From: Chloroflexota bacterium | Lineage (GTDB): Bacteria > Chloroflexota > Dehalococcoidia > GIF9 > JBFMDU01 | Direction of reading: 5' to 3' | Assembly (NCBI GenBank): GCA_040753815.1 | Contig: JBFMDU010000014.1 | Location: forward strand, 36,527 to 100,526 | Length of the DNA: 64,000 nt | In this document: in pieces, positions 17,699-25,820 of the stretch | Numbering within the stretch: the first letter of the stretch is position 1 | Layout of the letters: each line of letters begins with the position of its first letter | Program-made: the position numbers and the translations under genes | The notes under the pieces: generated by a model | Seen by the model: only the letters and a program-made list of their open reading frames with translations | Database searches by the model: none | What the model was told of the DNA's origin: nothing

Positions 17699-20323
17699 CT
17701 ACGGGACCTCGTATACCTTCAACACCTCATCCCCATAGTGGTTGATGACCTTAACGGCTATTTTCCCCGTTTTTGGCTTATCGAAAGGCCGACTGACTGT
17801 GGAGTAAAGCGAGGACCACGCTGCCTCGTCTATTTCCGCCCGTAGCGCCCGCTTGAGTTTATCATACGGTTCTTCAGCGCCGGTGAAGTAGGCGTGGCGG
17901 ACGAAGAAGCTTTCCGCATTGTAGTCAGTATCGATAAACCAGCAAGCGATATCGTCGGTTGAATTACTGCGTATCTGGCCGGTGGTCGGGTCATAAACGT
18001 CCACACCCTTGATTCTTGCGACTACCTTGCCGTCCTTTTGTTTCCTGATTTCCACATCCGGCTCGCCGAAGACCATGAAGAGATTGCCGGCGCCTGTTGA
18101 TTTCAGTAGCTCATCTCCCATAGCTAAATCAGGGTTCATGCGTGTTATTAATATATTAAGTTTGCCGTAGCGCTTGGTTTCCTCGGAGACATGGGGGTCG
18201 AAGGCGAAACCACAAACCAACAGCAGGTCAAATCCCACCCCTTTCACCGCTTCCTTCGCCGCCTCTTTCACCAGGTCAGGACCTACGGTGCCGTGCTCGG
18301 GACCGATGCAAACTGCTATACGGCGCGCCTTACCATCCTTCTCTGTGTATTCGCCTTCTGCATGCAGCCATTCTCCGGCATAGGGTTCCAGACGGTCGAG
18401 TTTGAGCCGTTCATTCTTGACCCTGTTTTCTACACCGGCTTTTTTGAGGTTGTCCAGTATCATCGCCTCGAACTGACCGGCGCCGTTTTCTCCCCGGGCT
18501 CCGGCCTCTGTTGATGGTCTCTCCCCATCCACCGCAATGACGCGGTGCGGCGACAGACTTTCCACAGTGAATGGGCCGGTGACACGGATGCGCTTGTTAT
18601 CTTCATAAGGCTGGTCATACAGAGTCTCCGTTTCAGCGTAGCGGGCAATAGCCGCATCAATCTCCTTTCGGCTCATACCCTCTTTGATATCCGGGTTATT
18701 GGCGATGGACTTGAGGGTAATGTGCGGTACCCGCTTGTAGACGAAGCCTTTCTTGATATCATTCTCAGTCTTGTATGCCGGCGGCGTCCGACCGGTTAGT
18801 TCCGATTCCTTCTTGATGCCTTCGGGTGAATCCGCCAGCAGGTAGTAAGGGAAACGGGCGGCCATGAGGCGGGTGCGTGCCAGCGCCAGAGCTACCCGGC
18901 TGGTATCTATGGTTATCCAGCGCCGTCCCCACTGCTCCGCGACGTACGCTGTTGTGCCACTGCCGCAGGTAGGGTCAAGCACCAGGTCACCCGGATCGGT
19001 GGTCATGAGAAGGCAACGCTCAATGACTTTTGGGTTGGTCTGTACAACGTATACCTTTTTGTCTGCGAATCCACTGGTTCCAGCATCCATCCAAATATTA
19101 TTTATTGGAAAAGCCGGGAAATCATCTATATATCGCTTATATCTAAGAGAGCTCCCGATAGCCATGAGGCGATTTGCCATTGCGAGTCTTTGTAATCCAT
19201 CAGGGGTAGTCTTCCAATGCGAACTTGCAGGCGGTAAATAAGCTTTACCGTCAAAGACAAACGGACCCGAAGAAGTGGTACTTAACCCTTGTGATGCGGC
19301 TCCCTGATGTGAGAATACGTGAAAACCTTTTGGTATTAATGCTGGGTCTATGAATTCTTCATTAGTTAATTGTCTAATCTCTCCCTTGGGCGATTCTACC
19401 CATGTGTATTGGCCGGTCCCTTGACCCCCGACCTCTTTGTCTAAGTAGAGTTGTCGATACTTTACATTCTCCTGGTTCTTTGCATACCAGACGAGGTAGT
19501 CGGTCACCGTAGCTAGTAATAAACCAGTAAATCCACCAGTCTTGTTAAAAGCAATAATTCCACAGAAGTTTTCGCTACCGAACACCTCATCCATCAAGCT
19601 ACGTACGAGGTGCACATTTTCATCACCAATCTGCACGAAGACACTACCAGTCTCGGTAAGCAGGTCGCGCGCTACTACAAGCCTGTCCCGCAGATAGGCA
19701 AGGTACGAGTGGATACCTAGCTTCCAGGTATCCCGGAAGGCTTTTATTTGCTCCGGCTGGCGGGTAGTATCCCCGGCGCTACCGTCCTTCACATCCCGTT
19801 TGCGGGTGCTCACCTGCCAGTTGGAACCGAACTTGATACCGTAGGGCGGGTCAATGTAAATCATTTGCACTCTGCCCTTAAGCCCCTCTTTCTCCGCTAG
19901 GGAAGTCATCACCAGCAGGGAATCGCCCAGAACCATGCGGTTGGACCAGTTTTGCTCGTGCTGGTAAAACTCCACCATCTCCTCGAACTTGATGCCGTTA
20001 AAATCGGCAAAGAGGTCAAGCTGGGCAGGCTTGCCTCTGTTTGCTTGGGCACGGAGGTCTTCGATGATGTGCTTGGGGTGAATCTTCTCCTGGATGTAGA
20101 CGGGCACAGCGGGCACTATTAGGTCTTCAGCGTCTTGCTCGTCCTTGCCCTTCCAGACGAGCTGGGGGTCTAGCGAAGTATCACGCGGGTAATGAATGGT
20201 TTTGGGTCTCTCTTCATCCTTGACTACGAAATCCCGCAATTCCCTGGTCGGTATGTTGGCGCGCCGGTCCCTGTACTTAAACACCTCGACCGGGTTAGTT
20301 TGCCTCCCTGCTTTACGTGCCAT
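17699..20323 (-). CDS. mod: Type III-like DNA methyltransferase (Mod, beta-class N6A/N4C) with long C-terminal extension
   Basis: Motif IV IYIDPPYG precedes motif I LDPTCGSGTTAYVAEQWGRRWITID, which is the beta permutation. An AT-rich variable region between them is the presumed TRD. YQHEQNWSNRMVLGDSLLVM is a typical upstream string. Confidence 0.85.
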   Translation of the reverse strand: MARKAGRQTNPVEVFKYRDRRANIPTRELRDFVVKDEERPKTIHYPRDTSLDPQLVWKGKDEQDAEDLIVPAVPVYIQEKIHPKHIIEDLRAQANRGKPAQLDLFADFNGIKFEEMVEFYQHEQNWSNRMVLGDSLLVMTSLAEKEGLKGRVQMIYIDPPYGIKFGSNWQVSTRKRDVKDGSAGDTTRQPEQIKAFRDTWKLGIHSYLAYLRDRLVVARDLLTETGSVFVQIGDENVHLVRSLMDEVFGSENFCGIIAFNKTGGFTGLLLATVTDYLVWYAKNQENVKYRQLYLDKEVGGQGTGQYTWVESPKGEIRQLTNEEFIDPALIPKGFHVFSHQGAASQGLSTTSSGPFVFDGKAYLPPASSHWKTTPDGLQRLAMANRLMAIGSSLRYKRYIDDFPAFPINNIWMDAGTSGFADKKVYVVQTNPKVIERCLLMTTDPGDLVLDPTCGSGTTAYVAEQWGRRWITIDTSRVALALARTRLMAARFPYYLLADSPEGIKKESELTGRTPPAYKTENDIKKGFVYKRVPHITLKSIANNPDIKEGMSRKEIDAAIARYAETETLYDQPYEDNKRIRVTGPFTVESLSPHRVIAVDGERPSTEAGARGENGAGQFEAMILDNLKKAGVENRVKNERLKLDRLEPYAGEWLHAEGEYTEKDGKARRIAVCIGPEHGTVGPDLVKEAAKEAVKGVGFDLLLVCGFAFDPHVSEETKRYGKLNILITRMNPDLAMGDELLKSTGAGNLFMVFGEPDVEIRKQKDGKVVARIKGVDVYDPTTGQIRSNSTDDIACWFIDTDYNAESFFVRHAYFTGAEEPYDKLKRALRAEIDEAAWSSLYSTVSRPFDKPKTGKIAVKVINHYGDEVLKVYEVP

Positions 20324-20337
20324 CGGTTTAATTCCCT

Positions 20338-21849
20338 TCAGCGAACTATGAGCAACGTGGATAATGGGAGCGTCACGATACGCGGGTCAGTCACGGATGG
20401 GGTATCATCGCGTGCCACCAGCAACGCAAACGGCGCGTTGTTGACTGCCTTCTCGAGAAAAGTGCGTATTCCTACGGTATCGGATAGTGGGTCGATGACA
20501 CGACGGTACTTTACTTCCACCGGTATTCGTTTCTCGCCAATAGTGAGCACAAAGTCGACTTCCGGCTCACCGTGACGTTCCGGCAGATGCGCTACCGAAA
20601 GCCCACCAAGCGAGGCAAAGAAGTACCCCACTGTGCTTTCCGCAATACGCCCGGCCAGGTCATGGAGGTGTGGTACGCGGTCAAGCGCCACCATATCAAG
20701 CGGGACTACCTCGCTCAGCCAGGCGGCGCGTAAGGTGTGGTCGCACAGGCAGAGTTTACTGTAACCATGCTTTTTTTTGAGCCGGATCTCCAGCGGCTCT
20801 ATGGTTCTCAGCAACAGGCTCGTGTTAAGGAAATCCAGGTAGTGGCGGATGCGTTGAGGCCCGATGTTGGCGCCAAGTGTTCGCCGTGCCTCACCAGCAA
20901 GTGTCGCCGGATTTGGACTCTGACCAATGTACCGACAGCCCATGCGGAACACCTCTTCCAGTAGTTGGCTGTCGCGCTTACGGCCGCGCTCGCCGATGCG
21001 CAGGTCATGCTCGATCACACGCTTGACGACGGTCTCTTTCAATTGTTCGGCGATATCCTGCCACGATACTTCAGTATGTACCTGAGCTAACGGATAAGCG
21101 CCTCGTTCGGAGAAGGCGGAAAAGGCCTGCGCCAGGATTACCGACTGCGAATGAGTATGTACGGTTAGCTCCTGCCAGAATTCCCGCTTCAGCCAATCCG
21201 CCCAGCCGTTTTCGTCCTGCATCGGTCTGAGCTCTCCAAAACCGCGCAACGCCGCTATCTCAGTCAAGCGCAGCGGTCCAACCTCTAGAGAGTGGATACG
21301 TCCAGCCAGACTATCGCGGCCCATCGTGATCCGTAAGGCGGAACTGCCTGTCACCATTACACGAACGGTGGCATTGTCTACCAGCGACTTGAGTTGCACA
21401 TCCCAGGCCGAGAGGTTCTGTACTTCATCGAAGAATAAGTACGCCGGTTCCTGACGATGAGCACTCTCATTGAGCGTGGCCCCGAGAACAGTTCTCTCGA
21501 ACCAGTCCACGATACGCAAAATCGGCTCCTTGAACTTTGCGTGTACTAATGCCGGCAGTTCGTCGAATTGGATACGAAGTATCCTTCGCGGTGCAATGCC
21601 CTCAGTAAGTAATGACTGTATCAACTGAAGTTGCAGTGTGGTCTTCCCAATCTGACGTGGGCCGCGGATGACGACGATAGGTGCGATTGGATTATCAAGT
21701 CGATGGCGTAATCTATCGTATGGCCAGCGATGGAAAGGCGGTATAACCGGCAACGGTTTATTCTGCCACCACGGGTTCTGCCGTTGCAGGTCAAGAACCA
21801 ACTCTTCCTCCGCCGGGCTGAGTCCACTTAGCAGGAAATCAGTCATCAT
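20338..21849 (-). CDS. AAA-type ATPase (AAA_14 / DUF4143-like architecture)
   Basis: Walker A GPRQIGKTTL and Walker B LFFDEVQ. It overlaps the res stop by 4 nt (ATGA) and ends 14 nt before mod. Confidence 0.75.
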   Translation of the reverse strand: MMTDFLLSGLSPAEEELVLDLQRQNPWWQNKPLPVIPPFHRWPYDRLRHRLDNPIAPIVVIRGPRQIGKTTLQLQLIQSLLTEGIAPRRILRIQFDELPALVHAKFKEPILRIVDWFERTVLGATLNESAHRQEPAYLFFDEVQNLSAWDVQLKSLVDNATVRVMVTGSSALRITMGRDSLAGRIHSLEVGPLRLTEIAALRGFGELRPMQDENGWADWLKREFWQELTVHTHSQSVILAQAFSAFSERGAYPLAQVHTEVSWQDIAEQLKETVVKRVIEHDLRIGERGRKRDSQLLEEVFRMGCRYIGQSPNPATLAGEARRTLGANIGPQRIRHYLDFLNTSLLLRTIEPLEIRLKKKHGYSKLCLCDHTLRAAWLSEVVPLDMVALDRVPHLHDLAGRIAESTVGYFFASLGGLSVAHLPERHGEPEVDFVLTIGEKRIPVEVKYRRVIDPLSDTVGIRTFLEKAVNNAPFALLVARDDTPSVTDPRIVTLPLSTLLIVR

Positions 21850-24833
21850 ACTTTCTCCACACCGTATTTCAACATCGCCCTGATTATGTTCTTAGCGTCC
21901 CAGGGGTCAGTAATCTCCAGGAATGCCCATCTGCCAAAGCCACCGTGATTATTAACCGCCGGCACCCATAGCTTGCGGGCCGCGGCTACCTTAGCCGCCT
22001 TATCTTTCTTCTGCTCACCGGTCACTTCAACTATCAGGTTCAGTTGGTCTTCTTTACCATCCTTCACCCGGACGATAAAGTCCGGTATATAGTTCCTGTC
22101 CTCACCTTCAAAGGTATAGGGTATGGTGAAGCTAAGGTTGTGGTTTTTCACATAGCAGATGACCTCGTCCATCTCTTCGAGCGCCTGCGCCATCTTTTGT
22201 TCCCATGAGCCTGTATCCGCCACCACGTGGGAGATATGGCATTTGTTCGGGGTGGTCGCATACACCGGACGCGTCGTATCAAAATCAACGTAGCGAGTCG
22301 AACCGATGTAGTCATAAGATCGTAGAATAGGTTTGAGATATTTAGGGCCATCCTGTGAGGAAACGATGGCTTTATAAATACGGTCGGCGGCATCGTGGGC
22401 AAATTCAATCAACAGTAGAAGCTGGGGAAAGGTGTTGTCTTTCAGAGTGACGCACGTTTTCAGCCATTGGCGGGCGATTCCGACAAGCTGTGGAAACAAC
22501 CATGGTTTGTCATTCCCTTCACTATCCCGGAAATACTTGTCCAGCGTCAGCTTAGCCAGCAGAAAAGCCACTTCTTGCTCCCTGTGGTTTTTCAGGTCAT
22601 CAAGGGTATGAATGCTGGTCTCTCCAACGATGGGCGCGTTTTCCGTTTTGGTCGGTATGTCGCGGGTAGACAGCGACATCCGAGAATCCTCAGTGAAATC
22701 TGCCGTCAGACGCTCCATAGGCAGGTCGTAACGATAGCCGATGAGCCGGGGGAAGGTAAGCTCGCAGGCGATTCTCTCCTCCAGTGCGCGCACGCGGGTC
22801 GGCATGGGACCAGGTTTCGGGTCGGTTGCCGAGCCGGAGCAAGGGATGAAGGAGAAGGGCACCCCATAGACTTCGGCATACTCAGGGTCGAATTTATCAT
22901 CGCTGTTAGGAACATAGCTCATACGGCGTAACCCGCGCCCCACTACCTGCTCACAAAGGAGCTGTGTTCCGAAGGCGCGCACGCCCATGATGTGAGTGAC
23001 GGTATTGGCATCCCAGCCCTCCGTCAGCATGGATACGGAAACCACACACTTTACGTTCTCCCCGAGCTTGCCCGGTTTTCCAACCGTGTTCATTACCTCA
23101 CGCAGGAGGTCTTCGTCAATTAACTTCTCTGCATCCCGTCCCGGGAAGCGAATAGTGTATTCTCTCTTAAACTCTTCAATGGCGAGAGCAGCCATTTTCT
23201 TGAATTCTTTACTCATTGCTTCGCCCGATTCAAGCTGCTCGCTATCGATGAGAATAGTATTAGGTGTAGAAAGCCAGTTACTGCCATTCTCAGAGTTGCG
23301 GAATACGGGCAAGTTGCCGGGAACAATCACCGTAGAGCTATCCGGCAGTCTCTTATCCCAGCCAGAAATCCAGTCATAGACCAGCTTGGAAACGTTGGTA
23401 TTGTTGCAAACGACAATAAAAACCGGCGGAGTCTGCCCTTTGGCCCTGGCTTCAGTGTTCTGCTCCCACTTACGGTAGTATTTCTCATAGTTCCCATAAA
23501 GGCTGTAAAGAGCTCCTTCCAGTTCTTTCGGTAGTTTAGGCTCTCCACCGCTTTCATCTTTTGATCCACGGCCTTTCTTTGGCAGATGGTCGCGGATATG
23601 CATCCAGATGTTGCGGTAGGTGGGCATTTCGCTCGCCATAGAGTCATCAGAGACCGGCACCCGCGGCACCTTAACTATCCCGCATTCAATTGCATCAATC
23701 AGTGAGAAGTCCGAGACGACCCACGGGAACAGCGTTCCCTCGGGATAGCCAGAACCGCGCAGAAAGAATGGTGTGGCAGAAAGGTCATATATCGCCTTTA
23801 TACCAATCTTCCTTTTCACTGCCTCCAGTCCGGATATCCAGACACGGGCTTCCTCTTCTCGCTTTTCTGCCTCTTTTCGCTCGTCACCGACTAACTTAAC
23901 CTCGTCACCACCGGTACGCCGGCGGTAGCAGTGATGTGCCTCATCATTAATAATGATGATGTTCTTCTTGCTCCCCAGCTCACGGCAGACACGGCGCACC
24001 ATCTGGTCGGGTGTTTCAACGAGAGAATTGCTCTGGCCCTTGGATAAGATGTCCTTGGTCAGTTTACCGGCATTAACCAGTTCTCGCGGCTTAAAGGCAT
24101 GAAAATTCGTTATGATGATTTTCGCCTTGCCGAGTTCTTCCATCCATGAAGGCAGCAGAATGTCCCGCTGGCGATAGTAGTTTTGCGGGTCATTGGGCAA
24201 TAAAACGCGCAGACGGTCCCGGATGGTGATGCCTGGCGTAACGATAAGAAATGCATCAGAGAACCGGGCGTCCTGAGTATTGGCTTGCTTATTCAGGACG
24301 TGCCAGGCAATCAGCATGGCCATAACCACAGTCTTACCGCTACCGGTGGCCATCTTCAAGGCAATGCGGGAAAGCTCCGGATTGGCGTCAGCATTGAATT
24401 GCCTCAGGCTATTTTCGATCCAGGAATCGCCGTATTTACTTGCCGCCTCTGTTAGATAAATAGCCGTTTCCAAAGCCTCAATCTGACAGAAAAACAGCTT
24501 CTTTTCCCGGGATGGATTAGTCCAGTATTCCAGAAGGCTGCGTGTGGTCCTGGTGATACCCTGGTAGTTGCCCTTGCGCCACGCGGACACTCTGCCGCGT
24601 ACACGGTTAATGAAGACGTTTTCCTCTATCCGGTCTTGTGTCCATTCGGTATCAAAGGCAAGTTGGGCCGCCTTGCCCTTACTCTTTGGTTTGGCGATCG
24701 GAATAAAATAAGAGCTTACTCGCCGCGCTTCCACAATTTCGTTGGTGATGCCCTCATCGCCAAAGCGATAATGGCGCGTAGGCTCATCGAAGGGAGAGTT
24801 CAGGACAGGATTTTCAATTACTACTTGTTTCAT
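21846..24833 (-). CDS. res: Type III restriction enzyme Res subunit (SF2 helicase plus C-terminal PD-(D/E)xK nuclease)
   Basis: Motif I MATGSGKT, motif II NDEAHH, a later helicase motif MLTEGWD, and the C-terminal nuclease-like string YIPDFIV...LIVEVTGEQKKD. Confidence 0.85.
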   Translation of the reverse strand: MKQVVIENPVLNSPFDEPTRHYRFGDEGITNEIVEARRVSSYFIPIAKPKSKGKAAQLAFDTEWTQDRIEENVFINRVRGRVSAWRKGNYQGITRTTRSLLEYWTNPSREKKLFFCQIEALETAIYLTEAASKYGDSWIENSLRQFNADANPELSRIALKMATGSGKTVVMAMLIAWHVLNKQANTQDARFSDAFLIVTPGITIRDRLRVLLPNDPQNYYRQRDILLPSWMEELGKAKIIITNFHAFKPRELVNAGKLTKDILSKGQSNSLVETPDQMVRRVCRELGSKKNIIIINDEAHHCYRRRTGGDEVKLVGDERKEAEKREEEARVWISGLEAVKRKIGIKAIYDLSATPFFLRGSGYPEGTLFPWVVSDFSLIDAIECGIVKVPRVPVSDDSMASEMPTYRNIWMHIRDHLPKKGRGSKDESGGEPKLPKELEGALYSLYGNYEKYYRKWEQNTEARAKGQTPPVFIVVCNNTNVSKLVYDWISGWDKRLPDSSTVIVPGNLPVFRNSENGSNWLSTPNTILIDSEQLESGEAMSKEFKKMAALAIEEFKREYTIRFPGRDAEKLIDEDLLREVMNTVGKPGKLGENVKCVVSVSMLTEGWDANTVTHIMGVRAFGTQLLCEQVVGRGLRRMSYVPNSDDKFDPEYAEVYGVPFSFIPCSGSATDPKPGPMPTRVRALEERIACELTFPRLIGYRYDLPMERLTADFTEDSRMSLSTRDIPTKTENAPIVGETSIHTLDDLKNHREQEVAFLLAKLTLDKYFRDSEGNDKPWLFPQLVGIARQWLKTCVTLKDNTFPQLLLLIEFAHDAADRIYKAIVSSQDGPKYLKPILRSYDYIGSTRYVDFDTTRPVYATTPNKCHISHVVADTGSWEQKMAQALEEMDEVICYVKNHNLSFTIPYTFEGEDRNYIPDFIVRVKDGKEDQLNLIVEVTGEQKKDKAAKVAAARKLWVPAVNNHGGFGRWAFLEITDPWDAKNIIRAMLKYGVEKV

Positions 24834-25020
24834 TCTTTCGTAATCGCTCAGTTATCCATCCAACTTTACCCGAATCCTGTAACTTTGAACGCGTAGATCA
24901 GGACTAGCACATTCTACCACGACCCCCGGACAATTCTGGAAACTGGCAAAATAACATGCCTGACACCGAAAGCGACATTTTCTTGATGACGGATGCGGTC
25001 GGCATGGTGCAGTATTAGTG

Positions 25021-25036
25021 TAGAACACGTGTTCTA
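25021..25036. promoter_or_regulatory. Perfect 16-bp palindrome TAGAACACGTGTTCTA (candidate operator)
   Basis: Verified by eye: TAGAACAC is the reverse complement of GTGTTCTA. It ends 12 nt before the ATG of the wHTH gene and abuts its GAGG RBS. Confidence 0.6.
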
Positions 25037-25047
25037 GAGGTTGAGCC

Positions 25048-25716
25048 ATGCTGCCCGACTGGTTCGCCAAAGCCGTCATGTCCGGGTCGTTTGCCGCAAT
25101 CCGCATCGTTTGTTACATTGCCGAAAACGGCAAGGAGAGCGTTGGTCCGGACGGGCGGCGGGTAATCATCGCTTGTGTGACCTACCGCGAGCTGCAGCGC
25201 GCCTGCGGCTTCTCCAACCGACGGACTATCACCAACGCCATCAGCGACGCCGTCGCTGCCGGATGGCTTTCTCTGCGACGGTCCTATGCCCGCGGGTCGT
25301 CCGTCTACATCGTCCCACTTGCGCTCTCTGGTTCAGTGAGTGAACCAGGAGTGACCTCCAGCCACAACTTCTTGGCTTCTACTGGTTCGCCGGATGAACC
25401 AATACATGATAGTGGGGGGAGGGGTGGTAATGATGATGTTATACATCCAGAATATAGAGATATAGATAATCATCATCACCATGAACTGGTTCAAAAACTG
25501 AACCGCTACGGTTTTAGCGACGCTGCTTCGTTTGTTGAGCGGCATAGCCCGGAGCGCATTGAAGCCGCTATCAGGTTTATCAAAACGCTAAAAGGCGTTC
25601 GCAACTGGGGCGCTCTCATCCGCCGCACTGTGGAAAGGCCGGGTGAAATCCCCCGGCCGCCTGCTCCGGAAGAACTTTATTACGATGGCCCGTTTGGACA
25701 CCTAGTGGCACGATAG
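25048..25716 (+). CDS. Winged-helix / plasmid-phage Rep-like protein
   Basis: N-terminal wHTH-like segment (TYRELQRACGFSNRRTITNAISDAVAAGWL), a low-complexity His-rich linker (NHHHHE), and a C-terminal LVQKLNRYGFSD...ERIEAAIRFIK...VRNWGALIRRTV module like those I recall in replication-initiator C-termini. Confidence 0.5.
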   Translation: MLPDWFAKAVMSGSFAAIRIVCYIAENGKESVGPDGRRVIIACVTYRELQRACGFSNRRTITNAISDAVAAGWLSLRRSYARGSSVYIVPLALSGSVSEPGVTSSHNFLASTGSPDEPIHDSGGRGGNDDVIHPEYRDIDNHHHHELVQKLNRYGFSDAASFVERHSPERIEAAIRFIKTLKGVRNWGALIRRTVERPGEIPRPPAPEELYYDGPFGHLVAR

Positions 25717-25760
25717 AAGGCAACTATGGAGTCCCAACCCCCAGATTCCTCGGTCGCTTC

Positions 25761-25806
25761 GCTCCCTCGGAATGACATAAGAGGGTGAAGCTCCCCCGGA
25801 ATGACA
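25761..25806. repeat. Two 17-nt direct repeats GCTCCC(T/C)CGGAATGACA, 29 bp apart (REP-like element)
   Basis: Copies at 25761-25777 and 25790-25806 with one mismatch, in the convergent gap between the wHTH gene and polX. On the minus strand they read as the VIPRERS/CHSGG-type pseudo-peptide common in intergenic repeat elements. Confidence 0.6.
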
Positions 25807-25820
25807 AGTCAGCCGCAAAC

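Noticed and set aside
16241-25820. Calling the island an integrative mobile element or prophage remnant
   Set aside because: I found no integrase, transposase, tRNA target or flanking direct repeats. Only compositional patches and a Rep-like gene support a foreign origin, so I describe it as an accessory island and do not annotate a mobile_element.
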